Of a DNA stretch of 56,270 bases, positions 1 to 10,524 are shown piece by piece; position 1 is the first letter of the stretch; each line of letters begins with the position of its first letter. The DNA lies in NCBI GenBank assembly GCA_023266625.1, contig JAHFPT010000029.1:1-56270 (forward strand), read 5' to 3'. The translations under genes and the position numbers were made by a program. Under the pieces are notes generated by a model. It searched no databases. It had not been told where the DNA came from and saw only the letters and a program-made list of their open reading frames with translations. Source of the stretch: Novosphingobium sp. Its GTDB lineage: Bacteria > Pseudomonadota > Alphaproteobacteria > Sphingomonadales > Sphingomonadaceae.

Positions 1-446
1 CAGTCGGCCGAATCAGGATAGTGGCGGAACCAGTCGGTGACGACCTTGCGCTTGATGATCCGCCATTCGTCGCCGCGCTTCTCGAAAGTGTCGAGATAGC
101 GCCCGGCGCCGATAACGTCGTTCTTGGCACCATCGGGCGTGTTGATCCGGTGGAAGCCATAGAAATAGGATTCGGCATCCGCCGTCGCGCCGTGAACGGT
201 AATCAGCGAATTGGCGATGAAATGTTGCGACTGGTCCATCGAGCCCATCACCGGGAACGCCCAGGCGATGAATTCCTCGGCATTGCCGGTGAAGCTCATG
301 TGGTTATCGACACAATCGGGCCAGTAGGCGCTGCGCAGCATGTCGGCATCGAGCCGGTCGACCCCGCGCGAATAGCGGTATAGGCATTCGCGGATCGCCT
401 CGCGGTCGGCGAGTTCGCCCAGGATCTGGCTGGTTGGCGTGGTCAT
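1..446 (-). CDS. SnoaL-like / NTF2-fold protein, runs off window edge
   Basis: Not in the ORF track. Hand translation from ATG 446: MTTPTSQILGELADREAIRECLYRYSRGVDRLDADMLRSAYWPD...GRYLDTFEKRGDEWRIIKRKVVTDW, a typical SnoaL_4 pattern. SD GGAGAG upstream. Confidence 0.85.
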   Translation of the reverse strand, partial: MTTPTSQILGELADREAIRECLYRYSRGVDRLDADMLRSAYWPDCVDNHMSFTGNAEEFIAWAFPVMGSMDQSQHFIANSLITVHGATADAESYFYGFHRINTPDGAKNDVIGAGRYLDTFEKRGDEWRIIKRKVVTDWFRHYPDSAD

Positions 447-534
447 GCGGCTCTCCGGGGATCGTTGCGCGATTGTGCGCAGCATTGCCCGGCCCCCGCT
501 CATTGGCAAGTGGGCGAGATGGAGTCTTGCGCAA

Positions 535-567
535 ATTGGGGGGCGGCCGCGAGGGCCGTCCCCCAAT
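535..567 (-). terminator. Probable intrinsic terminator after the 133-aa gene
   Basis: GC-rich stem ATTGGGGGACGGCC-loop-GGCCGCCCCCCAAT followed by TTG on the minus strand, 17 nt after the stop. Confidence 0.6.
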
Positions 568-583
568 CGTCACCCGACGACGC

Positions 584-985
584 TCAGAAACTGTGCGAGA
601 CGGTGTTGGTCTTCTTCTTGACTTCGACCAGTGTGCCGAGGTTGGTCAGGCGCAGGAGACCATAGACTTCGTCCTGCCCCCAATCCTCGTCGAGCACGCC
701 TTCGCCCAGCAGCACCTCAAACTTGCGACTTTCGGTCGCGGTCGGATTGCCGTCGGGGAAGAAGAAGCTGTTACCATAGGTGAACAGAAAATCGTCGGCA
801 CCGGTCAGCCCGGAATCTTCGCCCCAGAGCTGGCATTTCAGCTTGAAATGCCTGGCAGCGGCACAGCTCTTCATCTGGCAGAGTTCCAGCGTGGTAAAGT
901 TGACATCGCACGTCACCGTGGCGAGGACAGTCTTCTTCTCGTGGTCGTGACGCAGGGTCAGTTTACGATTTGTAATAGTAGCCAT
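584..985 (-). CDS. Hypothetical protein, 133 aa, predicted beta-rich with acidic motifs
   Basis: ATG 985 preceded by GGAGAA, good codon usage, terminator downstream. Motifs LWGEDSG..DDFLF and LDEDWGQDEVY. Confidence 0.8.
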   Translation of the reverse strand: MATITNRKLTLRHDHEKKTVLATVTCDVNFTTLELCQMKSCAAARHFKLKCQLWGEDSGLTGADDFLFTYGNSFFFPDGNPTATESRKFEVLLGEGVLDEDWGQDEVYGLLRLTNLGTLVEVKKKTNTVSHSF

Positions 986-1343
986 AACTATTCTCCAAAT
1001 TAAACCAGATACATCGGACGATGTACTGAAGTCATGCAAATAGGATGCGCAAATTTAATGCGCAAAGGCAAGGATATTTATATTTATTATCTATCAAGAT
1101 ATTTTCCGTAATGGGAGACAGAACGGCATCTAGATAGATTGCGACTAGATATGAGTAAGTCTGATAAATATCAGAAACAATATTAAAATTATATTTACTA
1201 TAATATATGGCATATTATAAGATGAGTTGTTATAATGGCGCGTCAAACCGTTCGAAACAGGAAGGCTGGAACGGCAGTTCGCGGGATCGAGATGTCCGAC
1301 TCGGATGCGTGACCTTGCCGCAGCATACCGCTAAGGCCAGTCC

Positions 1344-2837
1344 ATGGTGGACAGCGAACCGGACAGGACGGACCGAGACCCGGCAGTCTGGCGCTATGCC
1401 AAAGCCAGTCGCGCGCATGTTGTCGTCGATGCCGCCGCCTATTTCGAGCTGATGTATGAAGCGATGCTGCGCTCGCGGCAGCGGATTTTTCTGATGGGCT
1501 GGGATTTCGATTCGCGCATCCTCCTGTCGGGTGGACGCCGCTGGTGGAACCTGCCGCGCAAGGATCGGTTTCCGGCGCGGCTGGGGGCCTATTTCATCTG
1601 GCTGACCCGGCGCACACCCGGCTTGCAGATTCGCTTGCTCAAGTGGAACTTTGGGGCCCTTCGCTATCTGTTTCGCGGGACCATGATCATTGATCTGATC
1701 CGCTGGTTGTTCACGCCAGCGGTCGATTTCAAATTCGACTCCGCCCATCCCCTAGGCTGCAGCCATCACCAGAAGGTCGTCGTCATCGACGATTGTTTCG
1801 CGGTTTGCGGCGGCATCGACATGACTTCCGACCGCTGGGATACGCCAGAACATCTTCACGAGGACCCGCGCCGCCGTCGCCCCAATGGCAGGCTCTATGG
1901 CCCGTGGCACGATGTCACCATGATGATCGAGGGTGATGCCGCAAGGGCGCTGGGCGAGCTGGGACGCAAGCGCTGGCAGCAGGCTGGCGGCAAGCCAATG
2001 CAACCATGTCTGCCACAGGATAAAAGCCCTTGGCCGACAAGGCTGAACGCGGAATTCCGCGATGTCGAAGTGGGTATCGCCCGCACCCGCGCGCAGTTCC
2101 GCAGCATTGGCGAATTGCGCGAAATCGAGGCGCTGTTCCTTACCCAGATCGCCCGGGCCAAACGCTTCATCTATGCCGAGAACCAGTATTTCGCCTCGCG
2201 CGCGATTGCCGAGGCGATTGCCGAGCGCCTGTCCGAACCCGATCCGCCCGAGATCGTGCTGGTCACGCCGCTTTCCTCCGATGGCTGGTTGCAGCAACAG
2301 GCGATGGATGGCGCGCGGACGCGGCTGCTGCATGCCATTTCCGAGCGCGATCACACCCGGCGCTTTCGGGTCTATGTGCCGATGACGTCGGGCGGCGCGC
2401 CAATCTATGTCCATGCCAAGCTGATGATCGTTGACGACGAGATTGTCCGGGTCGGCTCTGCCAATATGAACAACCGTTCGATGGGGCTCGATACAGAGGC
2501 AGACGTGTTCATCGATGCGAGCCGGCCGGGAAATGCCCATGCCGCGCCAGCCATCGCCCGCCTGCGCCGCCGATTGCTCGCCGAACATTGCGGGATATCG
2601 GAAAGCAAGCTGGCCATGCTGCTCGCAGAGCACGGTTCGATGGCGGCGGCGATCGAAGCCGCAGGCAGCGCGGGCAAGCATCTCGCGCCTTTTGTCTTGC
2701 GTCCGCTCACCGATGCGGAGAAAGCGGTTGCCGACAGCGCTTTGCTCGATCCCGAGCGGCCCGGGGAATTCTTCGAGCCGATCGGACTGCGGCGCGGATT
2801 GTTCAGGCGCGGAGGCATATTAAGGCGACCGCGCTGA
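1344..2837 (+). CDS. Phospholipase D family protein
   Basis: Two HKD motifs: HQKVVVID..GGID and HAKLMIVD..GSAN. Confidence 0.92.
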   Translation: MVDSEPDRTDRDPAVWRYAKASRAHVVVDAAAYFELMYEAMLRSRQRIFLMGWDFDSRILLSGGRRWWNLPRKDRFPARLGAYFIWLTRRTPGLQIRLLKWNFGALRYLFRGTMIIDLIRWLFTPAVDFKFDSAHPLGCSHHQKVVVIDDCFAVCGGIDMTSDRWDTPEHLHEDPRRRRPNGRLYGPWHDVTMMIEGDAARALGELGRKRWQQAGGKPMQPCLPQDKSPWPTRLNAEFRDVEVGIARTRAQFRSIGELREIEALFLTQIARAKRFIYAENQYFASRAIAEAIAERLSEPDPPEIVLVTPLSSDGWLQQQAMDGARTRLLHAISERDHTRRFRVYVPMTSGGAPIYVHAKLMIVDDEIVRVGSANMNNRSMGLDTEADVFIDASRPGNAHAAPAIARLRRRLLAEHCGISESKLAMLLAEHGSMAAAIEAAGSAGKHLAPFVLRPLTDAEKAVADSALLDPERPGEFFEPIGLRRGLFRRGGILRRPR

Positions 2838-2870
2838 AAGAGCTGGGCGCGCTGAAGGGAGATTGATTGG

Positions 2871-3506
2871 ATGGCCGGGCATCATGACGATGACGAAAAT
2901 GGCGCCGAAAATGGGGGAGGCGATTTCGGCCCGATGGCCAAACTGTCGGTTCCCATCGAGGTGCAGGATGCGATCCGCACGCTGATCCGCTGGACTGGCG
3001 ATGATCCTGCGCGCGAAGGCCTGCGTGATACGCCGGCCCGCGTTGCCCGCGCGTGGAAGGAATATTGCCAGGGCTATGGGGAAGACCCGGCCTATCACCT
3101 TTCTCGCCGCTTCGAAGAGGTGGGCGGCTATAATGAGCTGGTGCTGCTCAAGGACATTCCGTTCCAGTCGCATTGCGAACACCATATGGCGCCGATTATC
3201 GGCAAGGCGGCGATCGGCTATATGCCGCGTGATAGCGTCGTTGGAATTTCCAAGCTTGCCCGTGTGCTCAACGCCTATGCACGGCGGCTGCAAATCCAGG
3301 AGCGGCTGACGGCGGAAGTCGCGCAATGCATCTGGGACCATCTCAAACCGCAAGGCGTGGCGGTGGTGATCGAGGCAAGCCACGCCTGCATGACTGCCCG
3401 CGGCGTGCGCACGCCGGGAGTGGGCATGGTCACCAGCCGGCTGATGGGCTGTTTCCTCGACGACGAGCGCAGCCGCAAGGAAGTGCTGAGCCTGATGGGC
3501 TATTGA
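2871..3506 (+). CDS. folE: GTP cyclohydrolase I
   Basis: EGLRDTPARV, SHCEHH, GISKLAR, RLQIQERLT, HACMTARGV. Confidence 0.97.
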   Translation: MAGHHDDDENGAENGGGDFGPMAKLSVPIEVQDAIRTLIRWTGDDPAREGLRDTPARVARAWKEYCQGYGEDPAYHLSRRFEEVGGYNELVLLKDIPFQSHCEHHMAPIIGKAAIGYMPRDSVVGISKLARVLNAYARRLQIQERLTAEVAQCIWDHLKPQGVAVVIEASHACMTARGVRTPGVGMVTSRLMGCFLDDERSRKEVLSLMGY

Positions 3507-3533
3507 TCCCGCAGACAGGATGGGGTGTGGTAA

Positions 3534-4763
3534 ATGGCGGAATATGGCGCGCTTGTCATGCCCCCCTCAATACCCGAATTGAGCCGCAAGGCGGCGATTG
3601 TCGGTGTGGGCGAGACCGATTATCACGATGATTACCGCGCCCAGCGCAAGCCGCCGCCGGGCTATGAGCCGCCGACTACCGAAGCGCTGGCCAGCCTCGC
3701 CTTCGAACGCGCGCTGGCAGACTCTGGTCTGAAGCGCGGCGAGATCGACGGACTGACCGGCTCCTTCACCTATGGCGGCCCGCCGCCTGCCGAGCTGGCG
3801 GCCTTGCTGGGGGTCAAACCACGCTACAACATCGCCAATGGCAATATCATGGCCGGGCCGCTGCCAGTCGTCTGCGCCGCCATCGCCGAAGGCAAGGCCG
3901 ATATTGTCGCGATGGTCTATGCGGTCAATTCGCGCAGTGTCGGCCGGGTGTTCGGCGGCGCGACCCACCTCGGCGGGGCGGAGGGCTATGGCACGCCGCC
4001 GTCCTACTACTATTACCATCCCTGGGGCTGGAGCAGCCAAGCGGCGCATTGGGCGATGATCTTTGCGCATTATCAGATGAAATACGGCCTGCGCGAGGAA
4101 GACTTGGGCGCAGTCGCGCAGCAAGTCCGGGTGCACGCCTCGCGCAATCCGAACGCCGTGATGCAGACGCCTTTCACCATCGAGGAGTATATGAGCTCGC
4201 GCTATATCGTGCGCCCGCTGCATTTGCTCGACATCTGCCTGGTCAACGACGGCGCGGTCTGCCTGATCGTCCGCCGCGCCGACATGGCGCGCGACATGGT
4301 CAAGACCCCGGTCGATGTTGCGGGCTGGGGCGAGGCCAGGATCAAGCACAGCAAGTTCGATGTCATGGTCCGCCAGCAATTGCGCCCGCAGCTTGAAGAG
4401 GCAGGTGGTCAGGCCTTTGCCATGGCCGGGCTGGGCCAGGCCGATATCGGCCATTTCGAAGGCTATGACGCGGGTTCGATGCATCTGATCAACCAGATCG
4501 AGGGCTATGGTTTTGCCAAGCCGGGTGAGGGCGTTGCTTTCTGCCAGGCGGGCGAGATGGACCTGACCGGGCGGCTTCCGACCAACACCGAAGGCGGCAA
4601 TCTCTCTTGCTCCTACATGCACGGCTGGAGCCAGGTCGCCGAGACGGTGCGCCAGCTGCGGCATGAGGCGGGGTCGCGTCAGGTGGCGGGGGTGCGCAAT
4701 GCGATGACCTCGCTGGCGCAAACCGATCAGGCCCATCCACTTGTTTTTGCGCGGGGGGATTGA
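3534..4763 (+). CDS. Thiolase-fold SCP2/Ltp2-like protein (probable aldolase)
   Basis: AAIVGVGET, LDICLVNDGA, EGYDA, PTNTEGGNLSCSYMHG. Alternative start ATG 3558. Confidence 0.88.
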   Translation: MAEYGALVMPPSIPELSRKAAIVGVGETDYHDDYRAQRKPPPGYEPPTTEALASLAFERALADSGLKRGEIDGLTGSFTYGGPPPAELAALLGVKPRYNIANGNIMAGPLPVVCAAIAEGKADIVAMVYAVNSRSVGRVFGGATHLGGAEGYGTPPSYYYYHPWGWSSQAAHWAMIFAHYQMKYGLREEDLGAVAQQVRVHASRNPNAVMQTPFTIEEYMSSRYIVRPLHLLDICLVNDGAVCLIVRRADMARDMVKTPVDVAGWGEARIKHSKFDVMVRQQLRPQLEEAGGQAFAMAGLGQADIGHFEGYDAGSMHLINQIEGYGFAKPGEGVAFCQAGEMDLTGRLPTNTEGGNLSCSYMHGWSQVAETVRQLRHEAGSRQVAGVRNAMTSLAQTDQAHPLVFARGD

Positions 4764-4765
4764 GC

Positions 4766-5176
4766 ATGGCCGAGAAACGACCGCCCCGCACGCTCGGCCC
4801 CGGCCATGACCAGTTCTGGGAATGGTGCGGCAAGGGTGAGCTGCGCTTGCAGAAATGCACCGGCTGCGGCGCGCTGATCTGGCCTGCGGCGGCGGCCTGC
4901 GAGCGGTGCGGAGATGGCGAGATGGACTGGCAAGCCATGACGGGCCGGGGCAAACTCGTCAGCTGGTGCAGCTTTCACCAGGACTATTACGGCGGCATGC
5001 TGCCACTGCCGTATGACTGCATCCTGGTCGAGCTTGTCGAAGGGCCGCTGTTTCTCAGCAATCCTAGCGGCTTTGGCTGCGAGGATATCGAGCCGGGGAT
5101 GGCCGTGGCGGTGCGATTCATCGACTGCGAGGATGACGGCGGGGCTTACCGGCTGCCGGTGTTTGCGCGGGTCTGA
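4766..5176 (+). CDS. Zn-ribbon/OB-fold DUF35 protein
   Basis: FWE..LRLQKCTGCG..CERCG, GKLVSW, LVELVEGP. Directly follows the thiolase-fold gene. Confidence 0.92.
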   Translation: MAEKRPPRTLGPGHDQFWEWCGKGELRLQKCTGCGALIWPAAAACERCGDGEMDWQAMTGRGKLVSWCSFHQDYYGGMLPLPYDCILVELVEGPLFLSNPSGFGCEDIEPGMAVAVRFIDCEDDGGAYRLPVFARV

Positions 5177-5182
5177 GCCATG

Positions 5183-5342
5183 CTCCTCCCCCCTTGCGGG
5201 GGAGGATACAAAGGCTTGGTCGCGTAGCGGCCTAGCCGTAGTTGGAGAGGGGGGCGATTGCAGCGCACGGTCGCCCCCTCTCCAAGCTACGCTAGCTCCT
5301 TCGGAGCAAGCTGCGCTTTCCTCTCCCGCAAGGGGAGAGGAG
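5183..5342. repeat. 160-bp nested palindromic REP-like element
   Basis: Arms CTCCTCCCCCCTTGCGGGGGAGGA (5183-5206) and TCCTCTCCCGCAAGGGGAGAGGAG (5319-5342), 2 mismatches. Inner arms TTGGAGAGGGG/CCCCTCTCCAA. Lies between convergent genes. Confidence 0.85.
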
Positions 5343-5352
5343 TTTGCGGACC

Positions 5353-6645
<1,293 letters not shown>

Positions 6646-6647
6646 GT

Positions 6648-6953
6648 TTGGCGCAGCAGCCGACCTCGATACTTGCCCTGGCTGTTTTCGGCTGCGTGAT
6701 AATCTTTCCGATAGCCCATTTTCTTTGGCGCAAACGTTCCAATCCGCCTGCCAGTGCGCCGACCGAATTCGGACGCATCGATGCAATCAAGCTAGCATGG
6801 GTGGGCGCAAGCGCGCCGCAAGCCGTTTGCATGGTCATCTGGCCAATATTTCCTAAGGCGCTCACGGTCATAACCGAAGCTCCGTTGCTGCTAATCCCGA
6901 CTGGGGTCGCCGCGATCACCCTATTGATCGGCGACGTTCTCGACTGGAAATAG
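6648..6953 (+). CDS. Small membrane protein, 101 aa, about 3 TM segments
   Basis: TTG start with GGAG SD, 2 nt after the previous stop. Hydrophobic helix followed by basic WRKR. Confidence 0.6.
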   Translation: MAQQPTSILALAVFGCVIIFPIAHFLWRKRSNPPASAPTEFGRIDAIKLAWVGASAPQAVCMVIWPIFPKALTVITEAPLLLIPTGVAAITLLIGDVLDWK

Positions 6954-6975
6954 CACGAGATTTGAAACCTTTGGG

Positions 6976-7491
6976 TCACGCCGCCTCGCTCCCCCGCATC
7001 ATCCCGACGATGCCGGTGCGGCCAACCTCGACCAGCCCCAGCTCGCGCATCAGGGCAACGAAGCTGTCGATCTTGTCCGGATCGCCGGTCAGCTCGAAGA
7101 TGAAGCTCGATGTGGTGGTATCGACCACCTTGGCACGGAAGACATCGGCGAGGCGTAGCGCTTCGACGCGGTTGTCGCCAGTGCCTGCGACCTTGATAAG
7201 CGCCAGTTCGCGTTCGACATGCGGGCCCATTTCGGTGAGGTCGATAACCTTGTGCACCGGGATCAGCCGTTCCAGCTGGGCGTGGATCTGATCGATCACT
7301 GCCGGGGGCCCGTGGGTGACGATGGTGATCCGGCTGACCGCGTGGTTGTCCGAAATGTCGGCCACTGTCAGGCTATCAATATTATAGCCGCGCGCGGTGA
7401 ACAGCCCGGCGATCTTGGCGAGGATGCCTGCTTCGTTGTCGACGAGAATGGTGAGGACGTGGCGCTCGGCGGCGAGGTGCTTGATTTTCAT
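6976..7491 (-). CDS. ilvN: Acetolactate synthase small subunit
   Basis: ACT domain LVDNEAGILAKIAGLFTARGYNIDSLTV, ERELALIKV, EVGRTG. Confidence 0.97.
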   Translation of the reverse strand: MKIKHLAAERHVLTILVDNEAGILAKIAGLFTARGYNIDSLTVADISDNHAVSRITIVTHGPPAVIDQIHAQLERLIPVHKVIDLTEMGPHVERELALIKVAGTGDNRVEALRLADVFRAKVVDTTTSSFIFELTGDPDKIDSFVALMRELGLVEVGRTGIVGMMRGSEAA

Positions 7492-7508
7492 TTTTAATCC
7501 AAACTTAT

Positions 7509-7624
7509 CCGTTCGTCCCGAGCGAAGTCGAGGGTTCTTGGCCGAGCGAAGCCGAGGCCGTTGCGCGCGGGACGTTCTCGGCTGCGCTCGAACGGGGTCC
7601 CTCGACTTCGCTCGGGACGAACGG
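7509..7624. repeat. 116-bp nested palindromic REP-like element
   Basis: Perfect 26-bp inverted arms CCGTTCGTCCCGAGCGAAGTCGAGGG (7509-7534 / 7599-7624) enclosing a second, degenerate pair of the same unit. Confidence 0.9.
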
Positions 7625-7647
7625 TGTTAGTGGGTTCGCGGAGTAAC

Positions 7648-9390
7648 TCACACCAGCGCCTTCGCTTCATCGTCCATCGTCCCCGCAACCGTATCGCCGT
7701 GCAGGATCATCTCGGTATGCGCCGCGCCGCTCGGGATCATCGGGAAGCAATTGGCGTCCTTGGTCACCCGGCAATCGACGATCACCGGGCCGTCATGCGC
7801 GATCATCGCCAGGATTCCCGAGTCGAGGTCCGCCTCGTGATCGATGCGGATGCCCTTCCAGCCATAGGCTTCGCCCAGCTTCACAAAGTCGGGCAGGCTG
7901 TCCGAATACGAATTCGAATAGCGGCTCTCATAGGTCAGTTCCTGCCACTGGCGGACCATGCCCATCCATTGGTTGTTGAGGATGAACACCTTGACCGGCA
8001 GGCGGTATTGCGTCGCGGTGCCAAGCTCCTGGATGTTCATCTGGATCGAGGCTTCGCCAGCAATGTCGATCACCAGATCATCCGGATTGCCGCACTGCGC
8101 GCCGATGGCCGCCGGGAGCCCATAGCCCATCGTGCCCAGCCCGCCCGAGGTCAGCCAGCGGTTGGGCTGAAAGAAATGATAGTGCTGCGCCGCCCACATC
8201 TGGTGCTGGCCGACTTCGGTGGTGATGATCGGGTTCAAATCCTTGGTCAGCGCATAGAGCCGCTGCACCGCCAGTTGCGGCATGATCTCGGTTTTGGAGA
8301 GCGGGAAAGCGAGGCTGTCGCGCGCGCGCCAGCCGTCGATGCGGGCTTTCCATTCGGTGAGGTCCTGCCCCTTGCGATTGCCCCATTCATCGATCAGCTG
8401 TTCGAGCACCTTGCCACAATCGCCGACAATCGGCAGGTCGACATGCACTGTCTTGTTGATCGAGGCGCGGTCGATATCGATGTGGATCTTGGTCGAATTG
8501 GGCGCGAAGGCGTCGAGGCGGCCGGTGACCCGGTCGTCGAAGCGCGCGCCGACGCAGATGATGAGGTCGGCCTTGTTCATCGCCAGATTGGCTTCATAGG
8601 TGCCATGCATGCCCAGCATGCCGAGCCAGTCGGGATGATCTGCGGGGAAAGCGCCGAGGCCCATCAGCGTCGAAGTGAGCGGCGCGCCGGTCAGCGCCTG
8701 CAACTGGCGCAGCAATTCCGAAGCATGCGGGCCGGAGTTGATCACCCCGCCGCCGGTGTAGAAAATCGGAGCCTTGGCCTTGGCGATCAGCGCGATGGCG
8801 CGCTCGATCTCCTCGACGCTGCCCTCGGTGCGCGGATTATAGCGGTTGCGACGCTGCGGCGGCCCGTCGTGCCACGAGGCAGAGGCGATCTGGACGTCCT
8901 TGGGGATGTCGATCAACACCGGTCCGGGGCGGCCTTCAGTGGCGATCTGGAACGCCTCGTCGATGATCGCGGCAAGCTCGGAGGGGTCCTTCACCAGATA
9001 GTTATGCTTGGTGCAGTGGCGCGAGATGCCGACGGTGTCGGCTTCCTGGAAGGCGTCCGAACCGATCAGGGCGGAGGGCACCTGGCCGGTGAACACCACC
9101 AAGGGAATCGAATCCATGAAGGCATCGGCAATGCCGGTGATGGCATTGGTCGCGCCGGGGCCGGAAGTGACCAGCACCACGCCGGGCTTGCCGGTCGACC
9201 GGGCATAGCCCTCTGCCGCATGCGCCGCACCGGCCTCATGGCGCACCAGAATATGCCGGATGCGCTCTTCGCCGAACAGCGCGTCATAGATCGGCAGGAC
9301 CGCGCCGCCGGGATAGCCGAAGACGAACTCGACCCCCTGCCGCACCAGGCTTTCGACCAGAATATTCGCGCCGCTGCGCTCTTCACTCAC
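7648..9390 (-). CDS. ilvB: Acetolactate synthase large subunit
   Basis: [38 protein letters not shown], ThDP motif GEAS..NN. GTG start. Confidence 0.98.
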   Translation of the reverse strand: MSEERSGANILVESLVRQGVEFVFGYPGGAVLPIYDALFGEERIRHILVRHEAGAAHAAEGYARSTGKPGVVLVTSGPGATNAITGIADAFMDSIPLVVFTGQVPSALIGSDAFQEADTVGISRHCTKHNYLVKDPSELAAIIDEAFQIATEGRPGPVLIDIPKDVQIASASWHDGPPQRRNRYNPRTEGSVEEIERAIALIAKAKAPIFYTGGGVINSGPHASELLRQLQALTGAPLTSTLMGLGAFPADHPDWLGMLGMHGTYEANLAMNKADLIICVGARFDDRVTGRLDAFAPNSTKIHIDIDRASINKTVHVDLPIVGDCGKVLEQLIDEWGNRKGQDLTEWKARIDGWRARDSLAFPLSKTEIMPQLAVQRLYALTKDLNPIITTEVGQHQMWAAQHYHFFQPNRWLTSGGLGTMGYGLPAAIGAQCGNPDDLVIDIAGEASIQMNIQELGTATQYRLPVKVFILNNQWMGMVRQWQELTYESRYSNSYSDSLPDFVKLGEAYGWKGIRIDHEADLDSGILAMIAHDGPVIVDCRVTKDANCFPMIPSGAAHTEMILHGDTVAGTMDDEAKALV

Positions 9391-9424
9391 AATGCAGGTC
9401 CTCTTTGAAAGCGTCGCTCACCAT

Positions 9425-9462
9425 AAAAAGTCGACCCGGCATGGTTTGCGCCATGCCGGGTC
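9425..9462 (-). terminator. Intrinsic terminator in the ilvB leader
   Basis: Perfect 12-bp stem GACCCGGCATGG / CCATGCCGGGTC, 6-nt loop, then GACTTTTT, ending about 35 nt before ilvB. Confidence 0.75.
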
Positions 9463-9517
9463 ACCTCTCCATTCGCACCCGGATCATATCGGGCCCCGCC
9501 GTGGCGGGATCGCGCTC

Positions 9518-9546
9518 GCCCTACGTGGCATAAAATACCATGTCAA
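9518..9546 (-). promoter_or_regulatory. sigma70 promoter of ilvB
   Basis: TTGACA(9546-9541)-17 bp-TAGGGC(9523-9518), with AT-rich upstream sequence. Confidence 0.65.
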
Positions 9547-9549
9547 TAG

Positions 9550-10524
9550 CTATTGTTGTAATAATATATCAAAATGAGCAGATATATCGACATTCAATGT
9601 CTCGATGCGCTGCCAATCGGGCGGCGGCTGGCGGCGGAACCAGGTGTATTGGCGCTTGGCATAGTTGCGGGTGGACTGGGCACCCAGCGCACGGGCTTCG
9701 CCGAGCGAGCAAGCGCCGCGAAGGTAGCTCGCCACTTCGCCCACGCCGATCGCCCGCATGACCGGGAGCGCGGGATCGAGGCGGCGCGCTAGCAATGCCT
9801 CGACTTCAGCAATGGCGCCTCCTGAGCCTGACGAAGGATCCAGCATGGCGGCGAAGCGCTGGTCGCAGCGCTGATAAAGCCACGCGCGTTCGGGAAGCAG
9901 GATCGCGGCATGCAGCACCACGCACTCGCGAATCCCGCCGGACCGTTGCTGCTGCCAGTCCGCCAGCGTTCGTCCCGTCGAACGGGCCACTTCGAGCGCA
10001 CGGGAAATGCGCGCGGTGTCAGCCGGGGCGAGCGCGGTGGCGCGCGCTGGGTCTTCGCGCGCCAGCGCAGCATGGGCCTGGGCCACGGGCAGGGCGCGCA
10101 CGGCGGCGCGCACTTCTGGGTCGATTTCAGGGACTGGAGCGATGCCGTCCAGCAGCGTGCGCAGGTAAAGCCCGGTTCCCCCGACGAGGATCGGTACTCC
10201 GCCCGCGCCATGGACTTCGGCAATGACTGCCTTTGCTGCTGCCGCCCAATCTGCTGCGGAGCAGGCTGCTGCTCCATCCCATGTGCCGAACAGCTGGTGG
10301 TCGATCCCGGCCATTTGGTGCCGCGTTGGCCGTGCGCTCAGGACTGTGAGATCGGCATAGACCTGCGCGCTGTCGGCGTTGATGATCACCGCCGTGCGCC
10401 CGCGCTCGCGCAGTGCCAGGGCCAGCCGCAGCGCGAGATCGCTCTTGCCGCTCGCCGTCGGCCCTGCGATGAGCGCCAGCGGTGGCAGTCCCGCCGGATC
10501 GTCAGGGGAATCTTCTGTGCTCAT
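9550..10524 (-). CDS. miaA: tRNA dimethylallyltransferase
   Basis: [40 protein letters not shown]. Confidence 0.97.
   Translation of the reverse strand: MSTEDSPDDPAGLPPLALIAGPTASGKSDLALRLALALRERGRTAVIINADSAQVYADLTVLSARPTRHQMAGIDHQLFGTWDGAAACSAADWAAAAKAVIAEVHGAGGVPILVGGTGLYLRTLLDGIAPVPEIDPEVRAAVRALPVAQAHAALAREDPARATALAPADTARISRALEVARSTGRTLADWQQQRSGGIRECVVLHAAILLPERAWLYQRCDQRFAAMLDPSSGSGGAIAEVEALLARRLDPALPVMRAIGVGEVASYLRGACSLGEARALGAQSTRNYAKRQYTWFRRQPPPDWQRIETLNVDISAHFDILLQQ

Noticed and set aside
21-383. 120-aa + strand ORF
   Set aside because: Shadow of the minus-strand SnoaL-like gene.
7561-9408. 615-aa + strand ORF, and similar long ORFs at 13684-15345, 51038-52927, 45158-46591 and 34462-35958
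   Set aside because: Antisense shadows of well-supported genes, expected in high-GC DNA; no recognisable motifs.
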